Of a stretch of 64,000 nt of DNA, positions 25,985 to 35,497 are shown piece by piece. The notes beneath the pieces are model-generated. The model saw only the letters and a program-made list of their open reading frames with translations. It was not told the origin of the DNA and searched no databases. Origin of the DNA: Verrucomicrobiia bacterium (GTDB lineage Bacteria; Verrucomicrobiota; Verrucomicrobiia; Limisphaerales; UBA11358); assembly GCA_035943555.1 (NCBI GenBank), contig DASZCA010000400.1, positions 1,883-65,882 on the forward strand, in the 5' to 3' direction. The position numbers and the translations under genes are program-made. Each line of letters begins with the position of its first letter. Within the stretch, counting starts at the first letter, position 1.

Positions 25985-27397
25985 ATGAACCGACGAGAAT
26001 TTATCCGCAATACTTCGCTGGCCACTTTGGCGTTCGCGCCCTCAGTCAGTTGGGCGGCTGAAACTAGTTTTCCCGTCGTGCGGACGCCCGCAGCAAAACG
26101 AAAATTCATTAGCCCCGCCGTGGAAAAAGTTATTGCGAAGGTGCAGTCAAGCATCGGCAACAAAGAGCTCGCATGGATGTTCGGCAATTGTTTTCCGAAC
26201 ACGCTGGACACAACGGTGGAATTTGAAATAGTTGACGGCAAGCCAGATACCTATGTTATCACCGGCGATATCGACGCGATGTGGCTGCGCGACAGCTCAG
26301 CACAAGTTTATCCTTATCTGCCACTCATGGCTGAAGACCCGCGGCTTCAGCAGTTGATTGCCGGCGTCATTAATCGTCAGACCCGCAACGTTCTAAAGGA
26401 TCCGTATGCCAATGCGTTTTACAAGGACGAGAATAAAGTGGGCGACTGGAAAAACGATTTCACCGACATGAAACCCGGCATTCATGAACGCAAGTGGGAA
26501 ATTGATTCGCTCTGCTACACCATTCGCCTCGCCCATGGCTACTGGAAAACTTCCGATGACACGGTTCCTTTTGATGAGAATTGGCATGGCGCTATCAAAT
26601 TGATTTTGCAAACGTTTCGCGAACAGCAGCGCAAAGAAAATAACGGGCCGTATCATTTTATGCGGCGCACCGAGTGGGCGACCGACAGTTTACCCGGTCG
26701 CGGTTACGGCAATCCCGCCAAACCTGTCGGCTTGATCCGCTCGATGTTCCGGCCGAGCGATGACGCAACGATTTTTCCATATCTCGTGCCGTCAAATTTC
26801 TTCGCCGTCGTCAGCTTGCGCCAGGCGGCGGAAATGGTGGAAAAATTGTGTAACGATTCCGAACTCGCGAATCAATGCCGCTCGCTGGCAGATGAAGTGG
26901 AAACCGCGCTGCACGAATATGCCATCGTGAATCATCCAAAGGCCGGGCGCGTTTATGCGTTCGAGGTTGATGCGTTTGGAAATTATTATTGCACAGACGA
27001 CGGCAATATTCCGAATCTGCTTTCACTGACTTATCTCGGCGCTGTAAAGCCGAACGACAAAGTCTACCTGAACACGCGTAAGCTATTATTGTCGCCGGCC
27101 AATCCATATTGGTGTATCGGCAAGGCGGCGAGCGGTCTGGGCGGGCCGCATGTAGGGGTGGACATGATCTGGCCGCTGGGCATTGTCATTGAAGGCCTGA
27201 CGGCAACATCGGACAGCGAAATAAAAAATTCTTTGACCACGCTGGAAAGAACGCACGCCGGCACGGGCTTCATGCACGAAGCGTTCAATAAAGATGATCC
27301 AACCAAATTCACCCGCCCTTGGTTCGCGTGGGCTAATACTATCTTTGGCGAACTCGTACTAAAGACATACAATCACAATCCAGAATTATTGAACTAA
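25985..27397 (+). CDS. GH125 exo-alpha-1,6-mannosidase with twin-arginine signal peptide
   Basis: The start is set at MNRREFIRNTSLATLAFAPSVSWA (RR-x-F Tat motif). The upstream part of ORF 25706 has no family similarity. The GH125 signature GDIDAMWLRDSSAQVYPYL is present. Confidence 0.85.
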   Translation: MNRREFIRNTSLATLAFAPSVSWAAETSFPVVRTPAAKRKFISPAVEKVIAKVQSSIGNKELAWMFGNCFPNTLDTTVEFEIVDGKPDTYVITGDIDAMWLRDSSAQVYPYLPLMAEDPRLQQLIAGVINRQTRNVLKDPYANAFYKDENKVGDWKNDFTDMKPGIHERKWEIDSLCYTIRLAHGYWKTSDDTVPFDENWHGAIKLILQTFREQQRKENNGPYHFMRRTEWATDSLPGRGYGNPAKPVGLIRSMFRPSDDATIFPYLVPSNFFAVVSLRQAAEMVEKLCNDSELANQCRSLADEVETALHEYAIVNHPKAGRVYAFEVDAFGNYYCTDDGNIPNLLSLTYLGAVKPNDKVYLNTRKLLLSPANPYWCIGKAASGLGGPHVGVDMIWPLGIVIEGLTATSDSEIKNSLTTLERTHAGTGFMHEAFNKDDPTKFTRPWFAWANTIFGELVLKTYNHNPELLN

Positions 27398-27446
27398 TCT
27401 TAGTTCACAAGTCCGCCTAAATTTAATCCAACTCGCTAGACATCTA

Positions 27447-28892
27447 ATGGCATCAATGACCTCCAGCCTTGGTTCCACATCACCCACCAATAATGGCCAT
27501 ACCTATCGCGGTCCGTTCGCGATCATGACGGTGTTGTTTTTCATGTGGGGGTTCATGACGATGTTCAACGACATCCTCATTCCGCGCTTCAAGGAGGCTT
27601 TCACGCTGGATTATTTTCGCGCGATGCTGGTGCAATTCGCCTTTTTCGGTGCTTATTTCATAGGGTCGCTGGCTTACTTCATCATTTCTGCTACTACGAC
27701 TGATCCCATTGCCCGTATGGGTTACAAAAACGGCGTGGTCATCGGCTTGTTAATCTCCGCGACGGGTAGCGCCTTGTTTTGGCCAGCGGCGGCGACCATG
27801 CTTTCGTATCCGTTGTTTCTCGCCGGATTGTTCATCGTTGGGCTGGGCTTCGCCATATTGCAAATCGCTGCCAATCCTTATGTGACCATCCTTGGCCCGG
27901 AACGCAAGGCCTCCAGCCGGCTCAATCTGGCTCAGGCGTTCAATTCGCTCGGCACTACGATTGGACCGTTGATCGGTGGTTATCTGATCTTCCAATATTT
28001 CGCCAAGACCGGCGTGCACGGGGCGGACTCTGTGAAGGTGCCGTGTCTGGCCTTCTGCATCGTGTTCGTGCTGCTGGCTGTGGTCTTTTTTTGCATCCGT
28101 CTACCGCACGTCGGCGAAGGCAAGATCGAACGCGGCATCGGCGCGCTGAAATATCCGCACGTCCAACTCGGCGTGCTGGCAGTTTTCATGTATGTCGGCG
28201 GGGAGGTGGCCATCGGTAGCACGCTCATCAGTTTCCTGGGCCAGTCTAGCGTGGCGGGACTGAACACGGTGGAGGCGAGCAAATACGTGTCGCTCTTCTG
28301 GGGCGGGATGTTGATCGTCCGTTTCAAGGGCGCGGTAGAATTGAGCGAGATGAAGAAGGTGAACAAAAAACTGGCGCTTGTGGCGATTCCCATCGCCGGC
28401 CTTTTGTTGTTCTGGATTCTTCGGAGCTGGAATTCGGACACGCATCAATTTGATTTCGCGGGCGGCGGGAGCATCGTGAAGAACTATCTTCCGTTGCTGG
28501 GACTCTGCTGGGTGCTGTTCCAGTTCGACAAAGCCTTCGCTGGCCCGACCCTGTTGATTTTCGGGACGACGATTGTAATCCTGCTGGCGATCTCAATGTT
28601 TCAAGGCGGCAAGTTGGCGATGTGGTGCATTGTCAGCATCGGATTGTTCACATCCATCGGCTGGCCGAACATCTTCTCCTTGGCGCTGGACCGGATGGGA
28701 GTTTACAAAAGCCAAGTATCTTCCTTGCTGGTGATGGCGATTCTGGGCGGGGCGCTACTGCCACCCATACAGGGTTTCATCGCGGACCATCATGGCTTGC
28801 AAATTTCCTTCATCGTCCCACTCCTCGCGTATGCTTGTGTTGCCTTTTACGTATGGAAGGGGCATGAAATCGGACGGAAAAAATTATCATAA
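27447..28892 (+). CDS. MFS sugar:H+ symporter of the FucP/GluP family
   Basis: 481-aa 12-TM-like ORF with N-terminal FFMWGFMTMFNDILIPRFKEAF..LVQFAFFGAYF, typical of fucose/glucose-galactose permeases. Confidence 0.8.
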   Translation: MASMTSSLGSTSPTNNGHTYRGPFAIMTVLFFMWGFMTMFNDILIPRFKEAFTLDYFRAMLVQFAFFGAYFIGSLAYFIISATTTDPIARMGYKNGVVIGLLISATGSALFWPAAATMLSYPLFLAGLFIVGLGFAILQIAANPYVTILGPERKASSRLNLAQAFNSLGTTIGPLIGGYLIFQYFAKTGVHGADSVKVPCLAFCIVFVLLAVVFFCIRLPHVGEGKIERGIGALKYPHVQLGVLAVFMYVGGEVAIGSTLISFLGQSSVAGLNTVEASKYVSLFWGGMLIVRFKGAVELSEMKKVNKKLALVAIPIAGLLLFWILRSWNSDTHQFDFAGGGSIVKNYLPLLGLCWVLFQFDKAFAGPTLLIFGTTIVILLAISMFQGGKLAMWCIVSIGLFTSIGWPNIFSLALDRMGVYKSQVSSLLVMAILGGALLPPIQGFIADHHGLQISFIVPLLAYACVAFYVWKGHEIGRKKLS

Positions 28893-28951
28893 AGTCCAAT
28901 GCTGATCATTAAAATCGAAATCAATTCGCCAGAATAATTTTATTTTCAATC

Positions 28952-31237
28952 ATGAACCATAAACTCTTTGCGTTGTTTTTTCTTCAAGCGGGAAAAATCT
29001 TTTTTGCCATTGTTTGCGTCCTTGCCGCCGTAGCCTGTTTTGGCAAATCCGCCGTGCATTATGTCAATCCGTTGATCGGCACCGATGCCCACGGCCATGT
29101 TTATCCCGGGGCGACGGTGCCGTTCGGTATGGTGCAACTTTCGCCCGACACGCGCAAGAACGGCTGGGACGGTGCTTCGGGCTATCATTATTCCGACAGC
29201 AGTATTCTGGGATTTTCACACAATCATTTGACCGGCACCGGCGTCGGTGATTTGGGAAATATTTTGCTCATGCCGACCGTTGGCGAATTGAAATTAGTTC
29301 CGGGCGCGAAACCTGGGGAAGGTTATCAATCCCGATTTTCGCACAATGATGAAATTGCGCGTCCGGGTTATTACTCAGTTGCATTGTCAGATTACCAAGT
29401 CAAAGTTGAATTGACAGCCACCGCGCGCGCCGGTTTTCATCGCTATTCTTTTCCCAAATCGGACGAGGCCCACGTCGTCGTGGATTTGCAACATGGAGTC
29501 GGCAACGATGTGAACGAGGCGCAACTGACGATTGAAAATAATTTCACCGCCAGTGGCTATCGCAAGAGCAGCGGCTGGGGCGGTAGCAAAATTTATTTTT
29601 TTGTTATGGAATTTTCCCGGCCATTTGATTCCTCCGGCGTGGCGCAAGCCGATAAGGATGTGGCCGGACAGCAGACGACAGGCAAAGAAACCAAAGGCCA
29701 TTTTGATTTCAAGACCAAAGCTGGCGAACAAATTCTGGTTCGCGTCGGCTTGTCTACCGTAAGCGTCGATGGCGCGCGCAAAAATCTGCACGCAGAAATT
29801 CCCCGATGGAATTTCGATGCCGTCGCCAAGGCCGCAGGCAAGCAATGGGAAAAAGCTTTAAGTGTCGTCGCGGTTAAAACTCCGGACAAAAATCTCGAGC
29901 AAACTTTTTACACTTCACTTTATCATACGCTAATTGCGCCGACGCTGTTGAGCGACGTGGACGGCCAATTTCGCGGGCCGGACGGCAAAGTTCATGTGGC
30001 GAAAGGTTATGACTATTACACGGAGCTTTCGTTATGGGACACCTTCCGCGCCGAAAATCCGCTGCTGACGTTGACGCAGCCCGCGCGCGTGAATGTTTTT
30101 GTCAAAACGATGCTGGAGCATTACAAGATCTTCGGCCAGCACACGCTGCCCGTGTGGCCGGAAAGCGGTAAGGAAACGTGGTGCATGATCGGCAACCACG
30201 CCATCCCGGTGATCGCCGAAGCGTATTTGAAAGGCTTTCGCGACTGGGACGCCCACGAGGCGTTGAACGACATGATTGCATCCACCGACAAGAACCGCGA
30301 ACAACTCAAGAACTATCGCGACCAAGGATTTATTCCCACCGCCGACGGTCGCCAAAGTGTTTCCAAAGTTTTGGAATATGCTTATGACGATTCCTGCATT
30401 GCACGTTTTGCCAAGGCATTGGGCAAGGATGATGTCGCCGAAAAATATTTTCAACGCTCCCAAAACTGGACGAATGTTTTTGATCCATCCACCGGGTTCA
30501 TGCGCGGCAAAATTGAGGATGGAAGCTGGGTGACGCCATTCGGCGAAAAAGAGCAGAGCAGCATCAACTTTAGCGAATATACCGAGGCTAACGCGTGGCA
30601 ATATAATTTCTTCGTGCTGCACAATGTTCCCGGCCTGATTGAAAAACTGGGCGGCGATGAAAAATTTGTAGCGCGGCTCGATGAGATGTTCGACACGCCG
30701 AAAACCATTCCGAATCTCGCGATGATCCCGGATGTGACCGGCGTCATCGGGATGTATTCGCACGGCAACGAACCCGATCATCACGTCGCGTATCTTTATA
30801 ATTACGCCGGCCAGCCGTGGAAAACGCAGGCACGCGTTCGGCAGGTGGCCAACACGCTTTACAACGACACGCCCGCCGGCATCTGCGGCAACGACGATTG
30901 CGGCCAGACCTCGGCCTGGTATGTCTTCACCTCGCTCGGTTTTTATCCCGTCGATCCCGTCAGCGGCATTTATATTTTGGGCAGTCCGCTCGTGAACGAA
31001 GCGAATTTGAAACTGGATTCAAAATTTTACCAAGGCCGTTCCTTCACCGTTATTGCAAAAAATAATTCACCGGAAAATCTCTACATCCAGTCCGCCACCC
31101 TTAACGGCAAGGCCTTCACCAAATGCTGGATTTCCCAAGCTGAAATCGCCGCAGGCGGCTACCTTGTGCTGACCATGGGGCCGACCCCAAACAAATCTTT
31201 TGGTTCTGCGCCGGCGGACCGTCCGCCGGAATCATAA
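28952..31237 (+). CDS. GH92 alpha-mannosidase (copy 2), secreted
   Basis: 761 aa. Signatures are NPLIGT, PGYYSV, SHGNEPDHHVAYLY and GNDDCGQTSAWYVFTSLGFYP. Confidence 0.85.
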   Translation: MNHKLFALFFLQAGKIFFAIVCVLAAVACFGKSAVHYVNPLIGTDAHGHVYPGATVPFGMVQLSPDTRKNGWDGASGYHYSDSSILGFSHNHLTGTGVGDLGNILLMPTVGELKLVPGAKPGEGYQSRFSHNDEIARPGYYSVALSDYQVKVELTATARAGFHRYSFPKSDEAHVVVDLQHGVGNDVNEAQLTIENNFTASGYRKSSGWGGSKIYFFVMEFSRPFDSSGVAQADKDVAGQQTTGKETKGHFDFKTKAGEQILVRVGLSTVSVDGARKNLHAEIPRWNFDAVAKAAGKQWEKALSVVAVKTPDKNLEQTFYTSLYHTLIAPTLLSDVDGQFRGPDGKVHVAKGYDYYTELSLWDTFRAENPLLTLTQPARVNVFVKTMLEHYKIFGQHTLPVWPESGKETWCMIGNHAIPVIAEAYLKGFRDWDAHEALNDMIASTDKNREQLKNYRDQGFIPTADGRQSVSKVLEYAYDDSCIARFAKALGKDDVAEKYFQRSQNWTNVFDPSTGFMRGKIEDGSWVTPFGEKEQSSINFSEYTEANAWQYNFFVLHNVPGLIEKLGGDEKFVARLDEMFDTPKTIPNLAMIPDVTGVIGMYSHGNEPDHHVAYLYNYAGQPWKTQARVRQVANTLYNDTPAGICGNDDCGQTSAWYVFTSLGFYPVDPVSGIYILGSPLVNEANLKLDSKFYQGRSFTVIAKNNSPENLYIQSATLNGKAFTKCWISQAEIAAGGYLVLTMGPTPNKSFGSAPADRPPES

Positions 31238-31335
31238 AGCTTTTATCGAAGGGCTAGCGGTGCCGATCTAGATATGGCGGGAGAATTTTGGTTAAGCTGG
31301 ATATATTCAGAAGTAAATTCGAGAACCAATTAAAA

Positions 31336-32803
31336 ATGAAGACAAGCATCAGTTATTTCATTTGCTGGAACAGATGCGCCGTCCTGATCGTGAATTTTGC
31401 GGCATTGCTGGGTTTGTGTATGCAACTTCCAGCATATCCACTTCAGAACCTGACCACCAATGTGAACATGTTTTGCGGCACGGGCGGTGGTGGCAATGCG
31501 GCGAATCTGTGTCCCGGTTCGGTCGCGCCGTTTGGAATGGTGCAGTGGAGCCCCGACACGACGAGTCACTGGCCCGGGGGGTATCTCTATTCCGATACGC
31601 AGATTCGCTCGTTCGGGCTAACACATGCCAGCGGTGCAGGATGCAATTTTGGCGGCGACTGCGGCTTCACGCCGTTTCTGGGAACCTTGGGCGGCTCCCC
31701 CTACACCGGCAGCAATTATTGGGATGTGACGTCCGGTTATTTTTCCACCTTCACGCACGCCGACGAATCGGCTTCGCCCGGATATTACTCCGTTCTGTTC
31801 AACAATAATATCCGCACTGAACTGACAACAACCGCCCGGACGGGATTTGGCCGCTTCACCTATCCGTCCGGAAATCCGGCCAGCATGCTCATCAACGCTG
31901 GCGGTGACGCTAATGGGACCATCAACGCCTCGATCCAGATCAACGCCGCCGGCAATGAGATTAGCGGTTGGACGCAAATGCCCGGCATGTGCGGCACGGC
32001 AAGTACAAAGATGTATTTTGATATCGTTTTCGATCATGCCTTCGCCGCCTACGGCGTGTGGAGCGGTGCGACTTACACGGCGAACGGCACGAGCGCTTCT
32101 GGAGCGCACAGCTGGACCTACGTGAATTTTAATTTACCCGGCGGCGGCGTAGTCTTGGCGCGGACGGCGGTTTCCTACGTCAGCGTGGCCAACGCCCAAG
32201 CGAATTTGCAGGCGGAAAGTCCTAACACCAATTTCACGAGCGCCGGTTTTGATGCCATAACGAATTCCACCACGACTAATTGGAATGCCTACTTGAACAA
32301 AATTCAATTCGCCGGCGGTACGGCGGCAGACGTGAAGACGTTCTACACGATGCTTTATCACTGTTTGCAGTCGCCCAGCGTGGTCAGCGATGAGAATGGT
32401 CAATTCACCGGCTTGGACAACAACGTGCATACGTTCGCCGGACACACCAAATATGGTTGGTTTTCCGGTTGGGATATTTATCGCAGTGAAGTCCAATTGA
32501 TGGCCATGCTGGACCCGGATCGTGCGAGCGACATGGCGCAGTCGCTGGTGCTGGATGCGCAATACGGCGGCGGCATGCCACGCTGGTCGGTGGCCACGGC
32601 GGACTCGGGCATCATGATCGGCGATCCGGGCACGCCGATCATCGCCAGCATGTATGCGTTCGGGGCGACCAATTTCAACACGGCCAATGCGCTGGCGGCA
32701 ATGGTGAAGGGGGGCAACGAATCTGGTGACCAAGATCATCAATGGCAATACTATGGAACGCGATGCGAACCGTGACTATTTGAATCTGGGCTTTGTGCCG
32801 CAG
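31336..32803 (+). pseudogene. GH92 remnant (N-terminal ~490 residues only; frameshifted and 3'-truncated)
   Basis: GH92 N-terminal homology is clear (FGMVQWSPDT, PGYYSVLFNNNIRTELT, MLYHCL). A frameshift lies near 32720-32730. Homology continues in the other frame to ..RDYLNLGFVPQ (32803), then switches abruptly to the signal peptide of the next gene. The GNEP and NDDxGxxSxW blocks are missing. Confidence 0.7.
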
Positions 32804-34783
32804 TATCAGCTCGGCGGCAATGCCACAAAACTCGTTCTGTTGTCCATTATCGTTGTTGCTGCCGCGGCATTTTCTGCAGTCGGCGCTTCAGCATTGCCAT
32901 TATTGCATCCGGTGTTTTGCGATCATGTGGTTTTACAACGTGACGCTCCAGTGCCGATATGGGGCTGGACACAGCCGGGCGCAAAAGTCACCGTGACTTT
33001 TGCGGGACAGAAACGCACCGCCGGTGCCGGGGTGGATGGGAAATGGATGGTGAAATTAAAACCCATGCATGCATCCGCCGAATCGCGCACGCTTGCCGTC
33101 ATTAGCACAGCCGATCAAACCACGGCGACAATCAATGATGTGCTCGTGGGCGATGTCTGGCTTTGTTCCGGGCAGTCCAACATGGAAATGGGCATGTTGC
33201 TCACCAAGGCCACCAACGACATTGCCACGGCAAATTTTCCGAACATCCGCCTGTTGACCGTGCCGCATGGCGTGGCGTTGGAACCTCGGTCAATTGTTAA
33301 ATGCAGTTGGCTGCCGTGCAGCCCGGAGACGCTTTCGCAGGGACAATGGGAAGGTTTTTCTGCTGTCGGTTTTTATTTTGGCCGGGAGTTGCATCAGGAA
33401 CTCGGCGTGCCGATCGGACTGGTTCAAAGCGCGTGGGGCGGCACGCTCGCCGAAGCCTGGACCAGCGCGGAAGCCTTGGCGACGAGGGGGGATGTCAAGG
33501 ATGCGCTCGCCAGCGTACGCGCGAAGGCGAAGGCGCCTTTGTCCGGGGAAAAAATGAGTTATGCGGAACTTTATGACCAATGGTATTCGCAGCATGAAGA
33601 AGGTTCCAAGAAAAGTTGGGGAAAAATTGCGGATGTGGGCGACTGGAAAACCGTCATCATGCCGCAACCATTTTCGCGCATCGGGCTGGGCAGTTTCGAT
33701 GGCACGGTGTGGTTCCGTCATGAATTCACAGTGCCGGAAAACTGGCCGGCGACGGAAGCAAAACTGGCCTTGCGACAAATTGACGACGAAGACACCACTT
33801 GGATCAATGGCGTGGAAGTGGGACAAACCCACCGCGTCGATCAGGATCGCAATTATACCGTTCCGGCAGGAACCATTAAGCCGGAAACTAACGTCATCGC
33901 CATCCGCGTCTTGGACACGATTGGCGAAGGTGGACTGCTGGCGCAAGCGGGCCAGATGGGACTGACTGCCGGATTGGAGGCGCCAATCAGCTTGGACGGG
34001 GACTGGAAAATGAAATCCACACTGCCGTTTTCTAGCCGGAATGCGCCGCCACCGGCAAATGAATCTAACAATCCGAATGTCGTGACCTATCTTTTCAACG
34101 GCATGATTGCGCCGCTATTGCCTTACGCCATCAAAGGGGCGGTTTGGTATCAGGGCGAAGCGAATACCGACCGCGCCGAGCAATATCACCGCTTGCTGCC
34201 GACGATGATTCAGGACTGGCGAACTCATTTTGGCGAAGGTAATTTTCCATTTTATATTGTGCAGCTCGCCAATTATCAGGCGACCAATGCCGAACCCCGG
34301 AATCATCCATGGGCAGAGTTGCGTGAGGCGCAGGCCATAACCGCGAAGAACGTGCCCCACAGCGGGCTGGCGTTGGCGATTGATGTCGGCGATGCGAAAG
34401 ATATTCATCCTAAAGATAAATACACTGTGGGACATCGACTTGTGCTGATTGCCTTGGCCAAAGATTATGGCCGCAGCGTCGAATATTCTGGTCCGACTTA
34501 CCGTTTCATGAGAGTAACGGGAGATAACGTGCGCCTGATATTTGATCACGCCAAAGGCGGATTGCTGGCCAAAGGCGGTCCGCTCACCGGATTTGCATTG
34601 GCCGGAGCAGATGGGAAATATGTCTGGGCGAAAGCCCAGATCGACGGCGACAGTGTGGCGCTTTCGGCCTCCGGGATTTCCCAACCCGTGGCCGTGCGTT
34701 ATGCGTGGGACGTGAATCCCGTCTGCAATTTATACAATCAAGCCGGCTTGCCCGCCGTGCCGTTTCGCACTGACAATATGTGA
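32726..34783 (+). CDS. SASA-family (sialate O-acetylesterase-like) carbohydrate esterase; N-terminus derived from the GH92 remnant, start uncertain
   Basis: Signatures are CSGQSNMEMG and AVWYQGEANTD, with a galactose-binding-like insert (DGTVWFRHEFTVP). There is no in-frame ATG next to the signal peptide KLVLLSIIVVAAAAFSAVGASA. Candidate starts are GTG 32726 and ATG 32753, both inside GH92-derived sequence. Confidence 0.75.
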   Translation: MTKIINGNTMERDANRDYLNLGFVPQYQLGGNATKLVLLSIIVVAAAAFSAVGASALPLLHPVFCDHVVLQRDAPVPIWGWTQPGAKVTVTFAGQKRTAGAGVDGKWMVKLKPMHASAESRTLAVISTADQTTATINDVLVGDVWLCSGQSNMEMGMLLTKATNDIATANFPNIRLLTVPHGVALEPRSIVKCSWLPCSPETLSQGQWEGFSAVGFYFGRELHQELGVPIGLVQSAWGGTLAEAWTSAEALATRGDVKDALASVRAKAKAPLSGEKMSYAELYDQWYSQHEEGSKKSWGKIADVGDWKTVIMPQPFSRIGLGSFDGTVWFRHEFTVPENWPATEAKLALRQIDDEDTTWINGVEVGQTHRVDQDRNYTVPAGTIKPETNVIAIRVLDTIGEGGLLAQAGQMGLTAGLEAPISLDGDWKMKSTLPFSSRNAPPPANESNNPNVVTYLFNGMIAPLLPYAIKGAVWYQGEANTDRAEQYHRLLPTMIQDWRTHFGEGNFPFYIVQLANYQATNAEPRNHPWAELREAQAITAKNVPHSGLALAIDVGDAKDIHPKDKYTVGHRLVLIALAKDYGRSVEYSGPTYRFMRVTGDNVRLIFDHAKGGLLAKGGPLTGFALAGADGKYVWAKAQIDGDSVALSASGISQPVAVRYAWDVNPVCNLYNQAGLPAVPFRTDNM

Positions 34784-34864
34784 TGACCAACCTGAAATAG
34801 GAACCCGTGATTGGTTGTCAGGCGTTGCCAGCCCACGTTGAAACAGAAGCAAACCAATGACTTT

Positions 34865-35392
34865 ATGAAACTCCCAACATACCCAACTACGGTGAAACGA
34901 ACTCACCGCGATGTTGCCGTGACTTTGGAGGCGCGAGTCGAAGCTGAGCCAAGCCAAGTGTTTGATTTCGTAGTCAGCGAAGGCATGCTTCCCGAAGACC
35001 TCACCAGATATACGCCGTTCCTGCCTGCCGTTGTTCGCATCTCTGGAAACACAGGTCCGTGGGATATGCCAGGTTCATCAAAAACAGTCCACCTCAAGGA
35101 CGGAAGCACCGCCCTTGAAGAAGTGGGAGCTTACGACCGTCCTGACTTTCTTGCACACAAGAGCAGTCAGATTACTTTAGCACTGCGTTATCTTGCCGAT
35201 GGCTCAACCGTCAAATGGTGGTTTGCAGCCGACGGTGCCGCGACTGACATTCGCTGGACCTATGTGTTCAAGACCAAAGGCTGGTTGAGTTCCGTAGCGC
35301 TCATGGTTTTTGTACGCTTAGTTTGGTCTGGCTATATTGCCGTCTGCCCCAACAACACTCAGCGCCATTTTGCAAATGATTGCAACGCATAA
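34865..35392 (+). CDS. SRPBCC/START-like small protein (function unknown)
   Basis: The ORF runs 34811-35392 and I place the start at MKLPTYPTT (34865). Its size and pattern loosely resemble polyketide_cyc2/SRPBCC. This is a weak call. Confidence 0.4.
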   Translation: MKLPTYPTTVKRTHRDVAVTLEARVEAEPSQVFDFVVSEGMLPEDLTRYTPFLPAVVRISGNTGPWDMPGSSKTVHLKDGSTALEEVGAYDRPDFLAHKSSQITLALRYLADGSTVKWWFAADGAATDIRWTYVFKTKGWLSSVALMVFVRLVWSGYIAVCPNNTQRHFANDCNA

Positions 35393-35448
35393 TCAAGTCC
35401 GGCAAACCGCTCCCGTTCGGTTGGGAGAATGGAGATTTATTTCGCAAC

Positions 35449-35459
35449 ATGGCCTATTG
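35449..35459 (+). promoter_or_regulatory. Conserved upstream motif, copy D (core only: ATGGCCTATTG)
   Basis: It lies 38 nt upstream of the ATG at 35498 in the same orientation. A -10-like TAGATT begins 20 nt after the core. Confidence 0.45.
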
Positions 35460-35497
35460 TTCAGCGCCAAATAAGCACTAGATTGAATAATGGCCGC